Both the position numbers and the translations under genes were made by a program. Source: Octopus sinensis (taxonomy: Eukaryota). Taken from it: DNA of 64,000 bases. Shown piece after piece: positions 1 through 11,421 of the stretch; within the stretch, counting starts at the first letter, position 1; each line of letters begins with the position of its first letter. The stretch is from NCBI RefSeq assembly GCF_006345805.1, contig NC_043012.1, positions 44,020,001-44,084,000 of the forward strand, in the 5' to 3' direction. The notes under the pieces are model-generated. The model made no database searches. It was not told the origin of the DNA and worked only from the letters and a program-made list of their open reading frames with translations.

Positions 1-667
1 TTTTCTACAAATTTTTTCAGAAGGTGTGGGGTAGGAGTTTCGGGTAATTCACATAAGTCAAATGTTTCCTCATAATTTTCACGCTATTCGGAGTACCACA
101 CTTCTGCAGGTATGCTTTTATTTCCTTATTGTTTAGGAAAAAAAATAACAGCAAATGAGGTATTACCCGGGTTTACTCAAGCAGATAACTATTTGTCAGT
201 GTAGTTGTGCGCATTTAAGACCCTGAGTGTAACTGATCTTGATTTACAAGACTACAACAGCACAATAAATATTAAAAGTGTTTTGTGTTGGACTGTTTTG
301 CTTGTTTGTTACTTGGGCCTTGCTTAAAAACTGATTATTTTTCATAGAGTAAACAAAGCTTACCCTCTACTGACGAACTGGAACTATCTCCACGAGTAAG
401 AATAAACAAAAAGGAGAAGAAAGGAAGGAGAAGTGAGATTCGGGACCAGTTTAAGCGATAAATTCTGTCAGTTGACATTCTCAAACGCATTTTAGCAACG
501 GGGTTTCACCCCTCATTGAGGAACACTGAATGAGAAAGCGGTGTTAAAACACTAACAATCCCTCCTTGTAATATGTCCAGCTATTTTCGATATGTTCGTT
601 AAAATCTCTTTAGATCCTACTTTAAGAGTTGAAATTGTAAATTTCAGTCAAAAGATTTTTTAACGAG

Positions 668-744
<77 letters not shown>

Positions 745-1624
745 CTGTGTGTATGTTTTTGAAACGTCAATGTGTATGCGTACTTTCAGAGAATTTAGTT
801 ACTTAACAGAATTACGTCCCTTGTAAGATTCTCCAGCCCGAACGTAAGCTGATGAATAATATAATTTTGTAAATAGAAAAATCGTACAAATTCTGTTTGT
901 ATATTTCGTTTTTATTTTACAATTAAGGACCATAAAAGATTTGTAAGTTATGCATAAGGTAACAGATTTCGAGGCAGAGGACAGTCAGCGAACCCCAAGA
1001 TTAAACAGGAGGCGAATGTAAAGGGACGCAACTGGATATGGCATAGGCTCAATCTGCTTTTGACCAATGACTCCTAGAAGTAACATCTTATTCAACTCTC
1101 AAAGACTAATTTAACAATCAGTTTAACATAAATAATTTCATAATCTGTATTTTTGAGACATTCTCAGGGAAAGTAGACTGTATGCCAATTTAATTGCATT
1201 TTTCGAACTGGAATCGGTATAAACAGTTCATTATATCATAAGACTTCTAATTAAGTGACTTGTTCAGAAAAGTTATGTGTAATTAATTTTACATAATCAT
1301 TGTATAATTAACGCGTGTTAAGATGTTATAAGTAAATAATTTTACTCTATATTCTCCTATCTTGTACTGTTTATCAATACCTGACATTGTCATGAAATAA
1401 AGAATTTTCTGACTAAGCATCAGTTTTGAAGTGTAATGGAATGTAGAAATTTTTGGGATGGTGTCTGGTGTGCTGGAAGATCGGTAAGAGTGAGGCATTT
1501 CTCAGCTTTTCAAAAAGCATGTCTCTAGGAGAAGGTCTCTGAAATAAAACTAGAATTGCATGGAATGGCATTGAACATTTTGGTTATCTTTTGCTTGTAA
1601 TAATAATAACAATAATTGTGTACA

Positions 1625-2090
1625 GTGCTCAGGTGCACTACAACTCATCTAAAGTGTATATATAATCAGGTGTAGTTTCGGCGGATTTTGGAAAGCATGA
1701 GGGCCTTAAAGGATGCAGTGTTATGGCAGTCAACAACTGATGCAGGCAGTTTATTCCATGCTTCAGCAACTCTGAGCGTGAAAAAATGTTTCCGAAAGTC
1801 ATGGGAGCTGTGTTGTTTTCTGACTTTGTAGGCATGTCCACGTGTGTTAGACACATGGAGATCAAAAAGGTGTTCAGTGTTGTTGTTGGTGAGGTGGTTG
1901 ATAACTTTGTGGGTGTTTACCAAGTCCGTCGCCAGATGCCGGAGCTTCAGTGAATCCATGCCCAGGGAAACAAGGCGCTCAGAATATGGTAGGTGTCTGA
2001 TGGAGGGTATGCGTTTGGTTGCACGTCTCTGAACAGATTCCAGGAGGTCAATGTTCTGAGCAAGATAGGGGTTCCAAACTGCGAGCAGGG
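1625..2090 (-). mobile_element. CR1/L2-type LINE, 3' end of ORF2
   Basis: AVWNPY...LLESVQRRATKRIP...YSERL..LGMDSLKLR...TRGHAYK...FFTLRVAEAWNKLPASVV, the typical CR1 RT C-terminus. Confidence 0.9.
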
Positions 2091-2260
2091 TACAAATTGT
2101 TGTCCTTAAATGCTCGCAGTTTATGCAACAAAATACATTTGTTCAACGCCTACGTCAGAAGTATTGACCCTGACTTCATCACTGTGTTTGAGATCATGGC
2201 ACTCACACATTCCTGAACCTGTGACTCATATTGGCACTAGATATCTTGCTTCATCTTGTC
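2091..2260 (+). mobile_element. LINE APE-endonuclease N-terminal fragment (CR1-like)
   Basis: YKLLSLNARSLCNKIHLFNAYVRSIDPDFITV resembles the LNARSL.NK...PD.I endonuclease start. Confidence 0.7.
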
Positions 2261-2679
2261 TCTGGGTCATTTTAATGGGATGGAGAGAGTCTATGAGGTG
2301 TTGTGTAATCCTTATTAGACCTAAAATTTTGCACAAGCATTGTTTTGTCAGTGAAAGCCATATTAATCTATGAGTTGACAGCCATCATGTACATATGTAC
2401 GTCCTCTTCTATTTTTTAAAATTATCCAAAGTCATCCTGTAAGGAAGGAGCTGGTTTTTTAACAAAGTAACAATGCTCCATCTTTGGAATGTAGATAACA
2501 AAAACAGTGTCACATGTTGAACTTTAAAAAATGGTTTGCATATTTTTATTGTTCCACTAACAGACTGAATTTGTAATGTGCTTCTTAGCTGGGTTGATTT
2601 CTTTTTCTGAAGACCCCAGATTGACACTTAGGCATTTACTAACAAAACCATGTGCATCAGTTATTGAGCAGTCTGAATT

Positions 2680-2860
2680 GTTAGCTACCAAACAAAATGC
2701 TTGATGGCTTTTAATCTGTCTTTACGTTCTGAGGTCAAATTCCACCGATTTTGACTTCACCTTTCATCTTTTTGGAGTCAATAAAATAAGTACCAGCTGA
2801 CCTGAGGATCAGTGTAATCAACTAGACCCCTCCCTAAAATGCCTATATTAGAAATGATTA
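2680..2860 (+). mobile_element. SINE family C fragment (degenerate)
   Basis: ttacgttctgaggtcaaattcc...cacctttcatcttttggagtcaataaaataagtaccag; homologous to the minus-strand copy at 28925-29106. Confidence 0.65.
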
Positions 2861-2871
2861 TTGGTATGAAT

Positions 2872-3210
2872 CATCATCATCATTTAGTGCCTATTTTCCT
2901 TACTGGCATTGGTTAAACAGTTTGACTAGAAATGGTGAACTGGAGAGGTGTACTAGGCTCCAGTCTGATTTGGTTTGGTTTCTATGGCTGGATGCCTTTT
3001 CTAACACCAACCACTCCAACAGTGTAATGGGTGTCTTTTACATGTCACTGGCACGAATGCCTTTTATGTGTCACTGACACTGGCCATGACTATGATTTCA
3101 CTTGGCCTGACAAGTTTTCTCAAGCACAGCAAATTGCCAAAAGCCTCGATCACTTGTCATTGCCTCTGTGAGATTCAGCAACCGGAATCATGCTTCACCA
3201 CCTCGTCCCA
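2872..3210 (-). mobile_element. RTE-type LINE 3'UTR with (GAT)n tail
   Basis: catcatcatcat followed by ggctggatgccttt...accaaccactc; homologous to the 3'UTR attached to the RTE ORF at 27380-27813. Confidence 0.75.
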
Positions 3211-3220
3211 TATATATATA

Positions 3221-4270
3221 CAAGGGGGTACCCAAAAGTAACTGGAAACATTCTCTGTGGGACAAGCTTGCTGTAGTTCAGGCTTCCGCTGCTAGAAGCC
3301 ATTTGATGTGACCCTCAGGCATTAGTCTACTGATCAGCATCATCAAATGTGGTCTTGCTTCCGCATCTTTTTTTTTTTTTTCAGTGCTTCTCTCATGTTT
3401 GCTGAGTTTTGCGATGGCTGAAATGAAAGGAACAGCATGCTCCATGAAATTCTGTTTTCTGCTGGGGAAAACAATGACTGAAAGAGTTGTCACACTTCAA
3501 ACAGGTTACAAGGATGCTGCCATGAGCAAAACACAAGTTTACGAGTGGTTTTGATGCTTTAGGAATGATCCCTTGTCACTTAAAGACCAGCCTCATTGAA
3601 GCTCCTGAAGGTAAGAAAACATCATGTAAATTTGTGAACTGATCTTAAAGAGCCATTGCCAAACAATTGGTGAATTTGTTGATATAATTGGTGTGTCCTG
3701 GAGCTCCTGCCAATGAGTTTTGAGCAAGGAATTGCAAATGAAAAGAGTTGCAGCAAAATTTGTACCTCGCTTGCACACAGAAGATCAAAAGCAGTCATGA
3801 CTGAATGCACATCCTGAACTGAAAGAACAGTTGGAAGTTGATCCGGACCTTTTTCCAAACTGGTGATGAAAGCTGCTGCTACATCTACGACCTGGAAACG
3901 AAGCAGCAATCAAATCAGTGGAAGCAATCAATGTCACCACGCCCCAAAAAATCATGTGAGGTGAAATCTAATGTCAAGACAATGCTGATTTGTTTCATAG
4001 ATGTGAAAGGAACTGGCCACACAGAATTTATTCCTCCTGGTCAAACTGTTAACCAGATATTTTACTTGGTAGTTCTGACGCATTTGTGATATGCAGTGGG
4101 CCGAAAACACCTTGAGCTGTGGCAAAGTGGACAGTGGTGGTTTCATCACAACAATGCACCTGTCCACACCACCTTGAGTGTGAGTCAGTTTTTTGATCAA
4201 GAATAGCATGACCCCACTTACTCACCCTCCCTACACACCTGATCTTGCTCCCTGTGACTTTTTTTTATAT
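3221..4270 (+). mobile_element. Mariner-family transposon, degenerate and 3'-truncated
   Basis: 5' terminus caagggggtacccaaaagt after TA; MKFCFLLGK...SKTQVYEWF (HTH), TGDES..YDLETKQQSNQW..SPRPKK, HHNNAPVH, YTPDLAPCDFF; stops and frameshifts; no 3' TIR seen. Confidence 0.9.
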
Positions 4271-4299
4271 ACAGTTGCATATCTAGACATGCTCATATA

Positions 4300-5130
4300 T
4301 ATTTAAATGATAAACTTCAGGAAAGTTTTATAGATTTTTACAGGCTTGGATCTATAGTCTTCAAATTAGCTTTCTCTTTGATTTTGAGAAGCCTAATTTC
4401 TCAAGATTGGTATTTAGGCAGTGTGTTACATATCCCAGGGTCCCACTGATTACAGGTATAAACCTGAACTTGTAATCTGGATAGGGTAACTGCAGATTTC
4501 TCAAAAGTTCAACGTAGGTATTCTCTATTTCCTTCATCTTCAGCTTTATGTTAACATCCGCTGGGCAGCTAATCTCCACAACTGTACACACCCTCTCTTC
4601 CCTAACCCAAATCCTTGTATCAAATCTGTTGTGCTTATATTTTATTGAGGTCTTCACAGGGACATTCCACCTGTACTTCTTTTTATTATGAGTGGCTATG
4701 GCTTCTACCATACTGTAGGTTCTTATTTCTTTGTCCTTGGGGTTACCTTTCCAATAGATTTCTTTATAGAGTGTCTCATCAGTAGATAATACTGTGATGA
4801 CATTTTTGGACAACTGCTTATGATGTGGGTTATATCTTTGGTGTTAATTCCACAAAGTCTGCATTGGTTGTCACATTTTACTGCTTTTCCTGCATCTCTG
4901 TCCCTTTTGTGCATCATGCACTTGATCTATATTTCATTTCATGGATTGCAAATGCATACCCTTCAAAGTGGAAGGTAGTAATCCAGCTATTGGTCCATGA
5001 TAGACTGCTTTGATGACCAATGTTACGACCATCTTGGAGCTTTCTACTAACATATCCATGCCTAGTCTTCTGCTCATATAGGCTCATCCTAGTTCTGAAA
5101 TTCTGGGATATAGGAGTTTGTTCAACTAGA
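4300..5130 (-). mobile_element. RLE-clade (R4/NeSL-like) non-LTR retrotransposon C-terminal fragment
   Basis: HGYVSRKL...FEGYAFAI...CRLCGINTKDITHIISSCPKM (CCHC), then NRFD...VEISCPAD.N..KMKE...Y, a decayed PD-(D/E)xK restriction-like endonuclease. Confidence 0.85.
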
Positions 5131-5565
5131 GCCCCTATTATGTATTATTTCAGAACTAGGATGAGCCTATATGAGCAGAAGACTAGGCATGGATATGTTA
5201 GTAGAAAGCTCCAAGATGGTAGTAACATTCTAGTTGAACAAATTCCTATATCCCAGAAGTTATTTTTAAGTCTGATACTTATTCTGTCGCTCTCTTTTGC
5301 TGAACCACTAAGTTATAGGGATGTAAAAAAATCAAACAGTGGTGGGGGACAAATATAGGCACAAAGGCACACACACACACTCACACACAGAGGTAAATAT
5401 TACTTATGATAAGAATTTGCACCGCAACTTCCGAGTAAAACCACTCGTTACAGTTTACTTATATTTAGTATCTCTGACGATCACTCACTCACCATTTGTT
5501 GTTTCAGTTTCCTTCTGCCAACATGACCTACAGAATGCACATTGCATTTTATTATAGGTAAAAAG

Positions 5566-5605
<40 letters not shown>

Positions 5606-6230
5606 TTAACCATGAAATTAAACAACTAAGCCTTAGTTTTGCTTGAAACAAGCCTTAGTTTTGCTTGAAACAACATTGTCCTAAAATGACCAGCAACAGG
5701 ATTTGGAATTGGAATTGACCGTCGTCTGATTTTGCTTGAATGTCTTCTGCTCATTTCATTGAATCAAGTAATATATCCTTCAAACGGTATTTCTTTTTTC
5801 CTATTTATTAAAAAAATTAGCAGATTTATTGAAATAAATAAGTGAACACAGAAAAAGAAAAACAAAGAAGATAGTATAAACTATTACAATAATTTAATTC
5901 TCTACTCCTCATTCTCTGTCATTTGACACCATCAGAAGTTACATTGTTTGTGAGCCTATGCATGCTTGTGTGTGCACGCATGCGCATGTGTGTGTGTGCG
6001 CACGCATACATCTGTGAGAGCGTGTGCCCCAACTGTTGATATGTTCCTCACTCACACATTCTATATTTTTATACTTCCTATTTCCCCCAACCACTCCTCT
6101 CCCCTTTTCACTTTACTGTCCTGCCACTAGCGTGACTAACATGAAACAGCATTTTATTGTAAGACAATTGCCTCTGTGTGGGTGTGAAATTGTTAAATCT
6201 CACTTACAATAAAAATTTAGTTTCCACAAA

Positions 6231-7275
6231 GGACACTCTGCAGATAGGAGAATCTGTGATGATCTGGGGGCTATATCTTGGAAATCCGCCAGCCCAATGG
6301 TTTCCCTTCATGACAGAATAAATAGTCAAGACTATTTAAGCATTTTATCTGATCAAATTCATCCTATGGTTGCGGAACTATTTCCAGAGGGAAACGCAGT
6401 CTTTCAGGATGATAATGCACCAATTCACACAGCTAAAGTTGTTACTGAATGGTACTCTCTTTTTACTCTCTCTTTTACTTGTTTCAGTCATTTGACTGCG
6501 GCCATGCTGGAGCATTGCCTTTAATCGAGCAAATCGGCCCCGGGATTTATTCTTTGTAAGCCCAGTACTTATTCTCTTTTACTTGTTTCAGTCATTTGAC
6601 TGCGGCCATGCTGGAGCACCACCTTTAGTTGAGCAAATCGGCCCCAGGACTTATTCTTTGTAAGCCCAGTACTTATTCTATCGGTCTCTTTTGCCGAACC
6701 GCTAAGTGACGGGAACGTAAACACACCAGCATCGGTTGTCAAGCAATGCTAGAGGGACAAACACAGACACACAAACATATACATACACATACATACATAT
6801 ATATACATATATACGACAGGCTTCTTTCAGTTTCCGTCTACCAAATCCACTCACAAGGTATTGGTCGGCCCGAGGCTATAGCAGAAGACACTTGCCCAAG
6901 ATGCCACGCAGTGGGACTGAACCCAGAACCATGTGGTTGGTAGGCAAGCTACTTACCACACAGCCACTCCTAGTGAAGTTGAACATCTTATCTGGCCACC
7001 ACAGTCCCCAGATCTCAATATTATTGAACATTTATGGTGCATTTTAGAAAAACAAGTAAGGAGTTGATATCCTCCACCATCATCACTACAAGAACTGGAG
7101 ACTGTTTTAGCTGCAGAATGGACAAAAATTCCTTTGGAAACAATTCAAACTTTGTACGAGTCCATACTTCGTAGAATTCAAGCTGTAATTACTGCCAAAG
7201 GTGGTCCTACCTCACATTAGAATAAATTTGTTTGTAATTTTAAGTTGTTTCCATTATTTTGTCCAATCCTTGTCC
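6231..7275 (+). mobile_element. Tc1-family transposon 3' half, interrupted by a SINE
   Basis: SVMIWGAIS...FQDDNAPIHTAKVVTEW (to ~6452) resumes at ~6972 with EVEHLIWPPQSPDLNIIEHLW...IQAVITAKGGPT, followed by a TIR-like end tttccattattttgtccaatcc. Confidence 0.9.
6455..6971 (-). mobile_element. SINE family A, full length with duplicated 3' ~105 bp
   Basis: tRNA-like head ggagtggctgtgtggtaag...gggttcagtccc, CORE-like ccttgggcaagtg motif, central (AC/AT)n, and tail cagtcaaatgactgaaacaagtaaaaga present twice. Confidence 0.9.
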
Positions 7276-7284
7276 ATATATATA

Positions 7285-7336
<52 letters not shown>

Positions 7337-7538
7337 GAGTGTATTTTACCTTGTTAACAATTAACACGGATAAATGAATGAATAGTTACCAGGGCAGCAA
7401 AAATCTCACAAGTAAAGATGTTGTAACTCCTTGTTTACGTTGAATATTTGAATAATATGAATAAGTATCAGTGGAATTTTCGAAACATATGTAGAAAGTA
7501 AAAATGCTTGTTTAAACCTGCATTAACTCCATTTTTTA

Positions 7539-7594
<56 letters not shown>

Positions 7595-8014
7595 GTTGTA
7601 TAAATATATACTGTCATAATCTGAGCAGATACCATTTACTTACCTGTCGATATACTTTTATTCTATTATATATGTACCAGATCAGTATATTACCTGCTAT
7701 CTGTATATATATATTTGTGTGCGTGTCGGTGTACACACATATTTACATACAACACAATGATACGATACAAAGGTAAAGGGTGTGATACTTTAGACAACTT
7801 GCCAACCGTGTCAACATGTAACCACATACAATTCTGAGTAAAACACACAATGACTCCACGCAGTCACAATACATGTATATACACAAGCATGAAAGAGAAG
7901 CTCAAAGAAATATGATTCCAACAATTTAGAAGGGTATGCATGCATGCGTATACACACATGTACATTTACACATAAATACACATCAATATATCTATATACA
8001 TATATGTGTGTGTA

Positions 8015-8377
8015 TTCTTTTACTTGTTTCAGTCATTTGACTTTGGCCATGCTGGAGCACCACCTTTAGTTGAACAAATCAGGGCCCAGAACTTATTCTT
8101 TTGCAAGCCTAGTACTTATCCTATTGGTCTCTTTTGCTGAGCTGCTAAGTTATGGGGATGTAAACCACCAACATCAGTTGTCAAGCAATGGTGGGAGGAC
8201 AAACACACACACACATATATATACATATATATATACGACAGTCTTCTTTCAGTTTCTGTCTACCAAATACACTCACAAGGCTTTGGTCAGCCTCAGGCTG
8301 TAGTAGAAGACACTTGCCCAAGGTGCCATGCAGTGGTTGGGAAGCAAGCTTCTTACCACACACCCACTCCAGCGCCT
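8015..8377 (-). mobile_element. SINE family A
   Basis: Same head, centre and tail as 6455-6971 and 50677-51056. Confidence 0.9.
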
Positions 8378-9195
8378 ATAAATATATGTGTGTGTGTGTG
8401 TGTATAAATATGTATGTATGTTTATCTAATATAATAAATGTGAAAACTAATTTCTGTGTGTCAGTGTGTCACACTTTGACACTCAACCCCCTTCCTTATC
8501 CAATGACACTTCTTGTGCTGGGGTGAGAATAATAGTAGGCATGGAGACGGTGAGGGAGATGGCAAAGACAGAGAGAGGGAGAGGGAGAAAAAGAGAGACA
8601 AAGAAATCTTGAGAGAATTGATGTTTTATTTAAAGTAGTAATGTTGATGGTGGCAGTGGGAGTAATAATAAGAGAGAGAGGGAGAATATTTATCTCTTAT
8701 TATAAAAGGCAGATTTTATCTGCCTCCCTTTGGGAGTTATACAAATCTACAATATAGGATTTCTTCAATTACAATTTACCTTGCATTTTTAAGAGTGCAA
8801 TGCATCGCGTCATGCCAGGTCCAGTTTTTTAAATTTAAACTCCAGTTAAGCAAAATTTACAGAAAACTCACATTCTGGTGTGTGTATCAAATGCTTTTCT
8901 TAGTCTGGTTTACAGCACACGCAAACGCACACACACAGTGGGCAACGAATAAAATGAAAGTAATTGACTTACTGTAGTGAGTGATTCTTTTACTCTGCCT
9001 CCCACTTCCTCTTTCCACACAGACACGCAAATATATAAATAAAATTGTAAGCTAACGTGCGTGTGTGTGTGAGTGGGTGTGTGTGGGTGTGCGCGTGTGT
9101 GAGGGTGCGTGTGTGTGTGTGTGTGCGTGTGCGTGAGTGTGTGACAGGAAAGTTTTTTTACGACGAATATAACACCTATATCCAAGTAGCAGAAA

Positions 9196-9676
9196 GATAA
9201 GACAGTAAGGTGTGATTTGAGGGAGATTTGGCTGCTATTTCTACCATGTCTAGCTGCCATGTAGGGGTCTCCCTCATAGGCTCATACATACATATATACA
9301 TAGATAAGACAGTAAGGTGTGATTTGGGGGAAATTTGGCTGCTATTTCTACCAGGTCTAGCTGCCATGTAGGGGTCTCCCTCATAGGCTCATACATACAT
9401 ATATACATAGATAAGACAGTAAGGTGTGATTTGGGGGAGATTTGGCTGCTATTTCTACCAGGTCTAGCTGCCATGTAGGGGTCTCCCTCATAGGCTCATA
9501 CATACATATATACATAGATAAGACAGTAAGGTGTGATTTGGGGGAAATTTGGCTGCTATTTCTACCAGGTCTAGCTACCATGTAGAGGTCCCCCTCATTG
9601 GCTCATATATATATACATACATAAGACAGTAAGGTGTGATTTGAGGGAGATTTGGCTGCTGTTTCTACCAGGTCTG
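9196..9676 (+). repeat. 107-bp tandem minisatellite (~4.5 units)
   Basis: Unit starts gataagacagtaagg at 9196, 9303, 9410, 9517 and ~9620. About 2.5 units at ~11486-11750 and, inverted, at ~13645-13910. Confidence 0.95.
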
Positions 9677-10040
9677 TTAGGCCTTCTCATGTAAACTCAA
9701 GCTTTCTCATGCCTTGAACATATGACCAAAGCAGAGAATGTATTCTTTTATTCTTCTGCTTTTTCCAGCCATTGGTCTGTGGCCATGCTGGGGCAATGCC
9801 TTGAAGAATTGTACTTTAATGAATCAACTCCAGTTTTATTTTTGTAAGCATTGTACTTATTCTATCTGTTTCCTTTGTCAAACCACTAGGTGACAGGGAT
9901 GTAAACAAACCAACATTCGTTGTCAAGCAGTGGTGGAGGACAATCACAAGCACAGACACGCACACACACACACATACATGCATACACATATACACACATA
10001 CATACATACATACATATATATATATGTGTGTATATATATA

Positions 10041-10299
10041 TTGCAGCGTGGAAGGTGTTTGTAAGCCATTTAAGAAACACACAAAAACCGTTACATTCAC
10101 TTCAACATTTAAATTTAATTTGCCAAAATATTTTCCTCGCTTTCAGACCGCGACCTGTTCACTGACAAAAATATCGTGCTAACAGGTCGCGGTCTCAAAG
10201 CGACGAAAATATTTTGACAAATTAAATTTAAATGTTGAAGTGAATCTAACGGTTTTTGTGTGTTTCTTAAATGGCTTATAAACACCTTCAACGCTGCAA
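10041..10299. repeat. Fold-back repeat (~118-bp arms); further copies at ~12117-12375 and ~13021-13280
   Basis: ttgcagcgtggaaggtgtttgtaagcc... pairs with ...ggcttataaacaccttcaacgctgcaa; the right arm continues unpaired to ~10364. Confidence 0.95.
10119..10169 (-). ncRNA. Atypical minimal type-I hammerhead-ribozyme-like motif; copies at 12195-12245 (-) and 13152-13202 (+)
   Basis: tttgtca-GTGAACA-g-gtcgc(ggtctgaaa)gcgag-GAAA-atat-TT-tggcaaa. The sister arm at 10181-10221 (+) supplies the perfectly pairing gcgac and tgacaaa. Confidence 0.45.
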
Positions 10300-10978
10300 C
10301 TGTTTTCGTTCCAGCACACGATCTCAGATCAAGTCACTTGCTATGCAAGTACATCTCTGTAACTATATATATATTTATATATATATATATATGTATATTG
10401 GTAAAAACAGTAAGATAACAAAAGAAAGAAAGAGACCTCAATATTATGTAAATAGAGGAAATCTTTATATATAAAAGTGAGGTTGTGTGTGTGTCTCCTA
10501 CGATTTAGATTCCTAACTACTACCACATTTTGCGGTGCAGTTTAACCAAAACCGGGTATCTTATAGTCGTGATTCATATCGAGACCGTCTGGGTATTAGC
10601 ACGCGTCTACGATGAGTCTACGATTTAAAAAAAAATTTACCATCAATTTTTCCCATTTTTAATCCATTTTTGACATATATAAGGGAAGTAACTCTCTAAA
10701 ATTTATTATTAAATCTCAGAACGTAAAAAGCTACAGTAACACCCCTCCCCCTTTGTGGTTAGCCATATTGAGATGGCTATTATACTTTACATCTCTAAAA
10801 ATGCTTATATAATTATTTCCCTTACAAACCCGAGCAACGCCGGGCGATACTGCTAGTATATATATATATATACATATGCATATATATATATGCATATATA
10901 TACATATGTATATGCATATATATATATATATATATGCATATATATACATATGTATATGCATATATATACGTATGTATA

Positions 10979-11383
10979 TCTCTTATTATAAATGGCAGAT
11001 TTTATCTGCCTCCCTTTGTGAGTTATACAAATCTACAATATAGGATTTCTTCAATTACAATTTACCTAGCATTTTTAAGAGTACAATGCATCGCGTAATG
11101 CCAGGTCCAGTTTTTTTAAATTTAAACTCCAATTAAGCAAAATTTACAGAAAACTCACATTCTTGTGTGTGTGTCAAATGCTTTTCTTAGTCTGATTTAC
11201 ACCACACGCAAACGCACACACACAGTGGGCAACGAATAAAATGAAAGTAATTCACTTACTGTAGTGAGTGATTCTTTCACTCTGCCTCCCACTTCCTCTT
11301 TCCACACATAGACACGCAAATATATAAATAAAATTGTAAGCTAACGTGCGTGTGTGTGCGCGTGTGTGTGTGTGAGGGTGCGT

Positions 11384-11421
<38 letters not shown>

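Larger units (their letters stand above)
8693..10856 (+). mobile_element. Composite non-autonomous Helitron, copy 1
   Basis: a|TCTCTTATTATAAAAGG 5' end; 3' hairpin cccgagcaacgccggg (10829-10844) then CTAG|t. Contains a 107-bp array, a SINE tail, a fold-back and a second Helitron 5' end at 10462. Confidence 0.8.

Noticed and set aside
5629-5672. 22-bp direct duplication aagccttagttttgcttgaaac, and similar short duplications at ~37330-37385 and ~43745-43800
   Set aside because: Ordinary slippage duplications with no further structure.
7455-7500. GAAA-catatg-TA resembling a minimal hammerhead 3' half
   Set aside because: No pairing stem I or stem II could be built. The CTGATGA at ~850 and CTGACGA at ~370 also fail to fold.
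9196-9676. Regular repeat array as a possible CRISPR or repeated peptide (MAARPGRNSSQ...)
   Set aside because: Units are contiguous 107-bp copies with no unique spacers in a eukaryotic context; the ORFs are by-products of the repeat.
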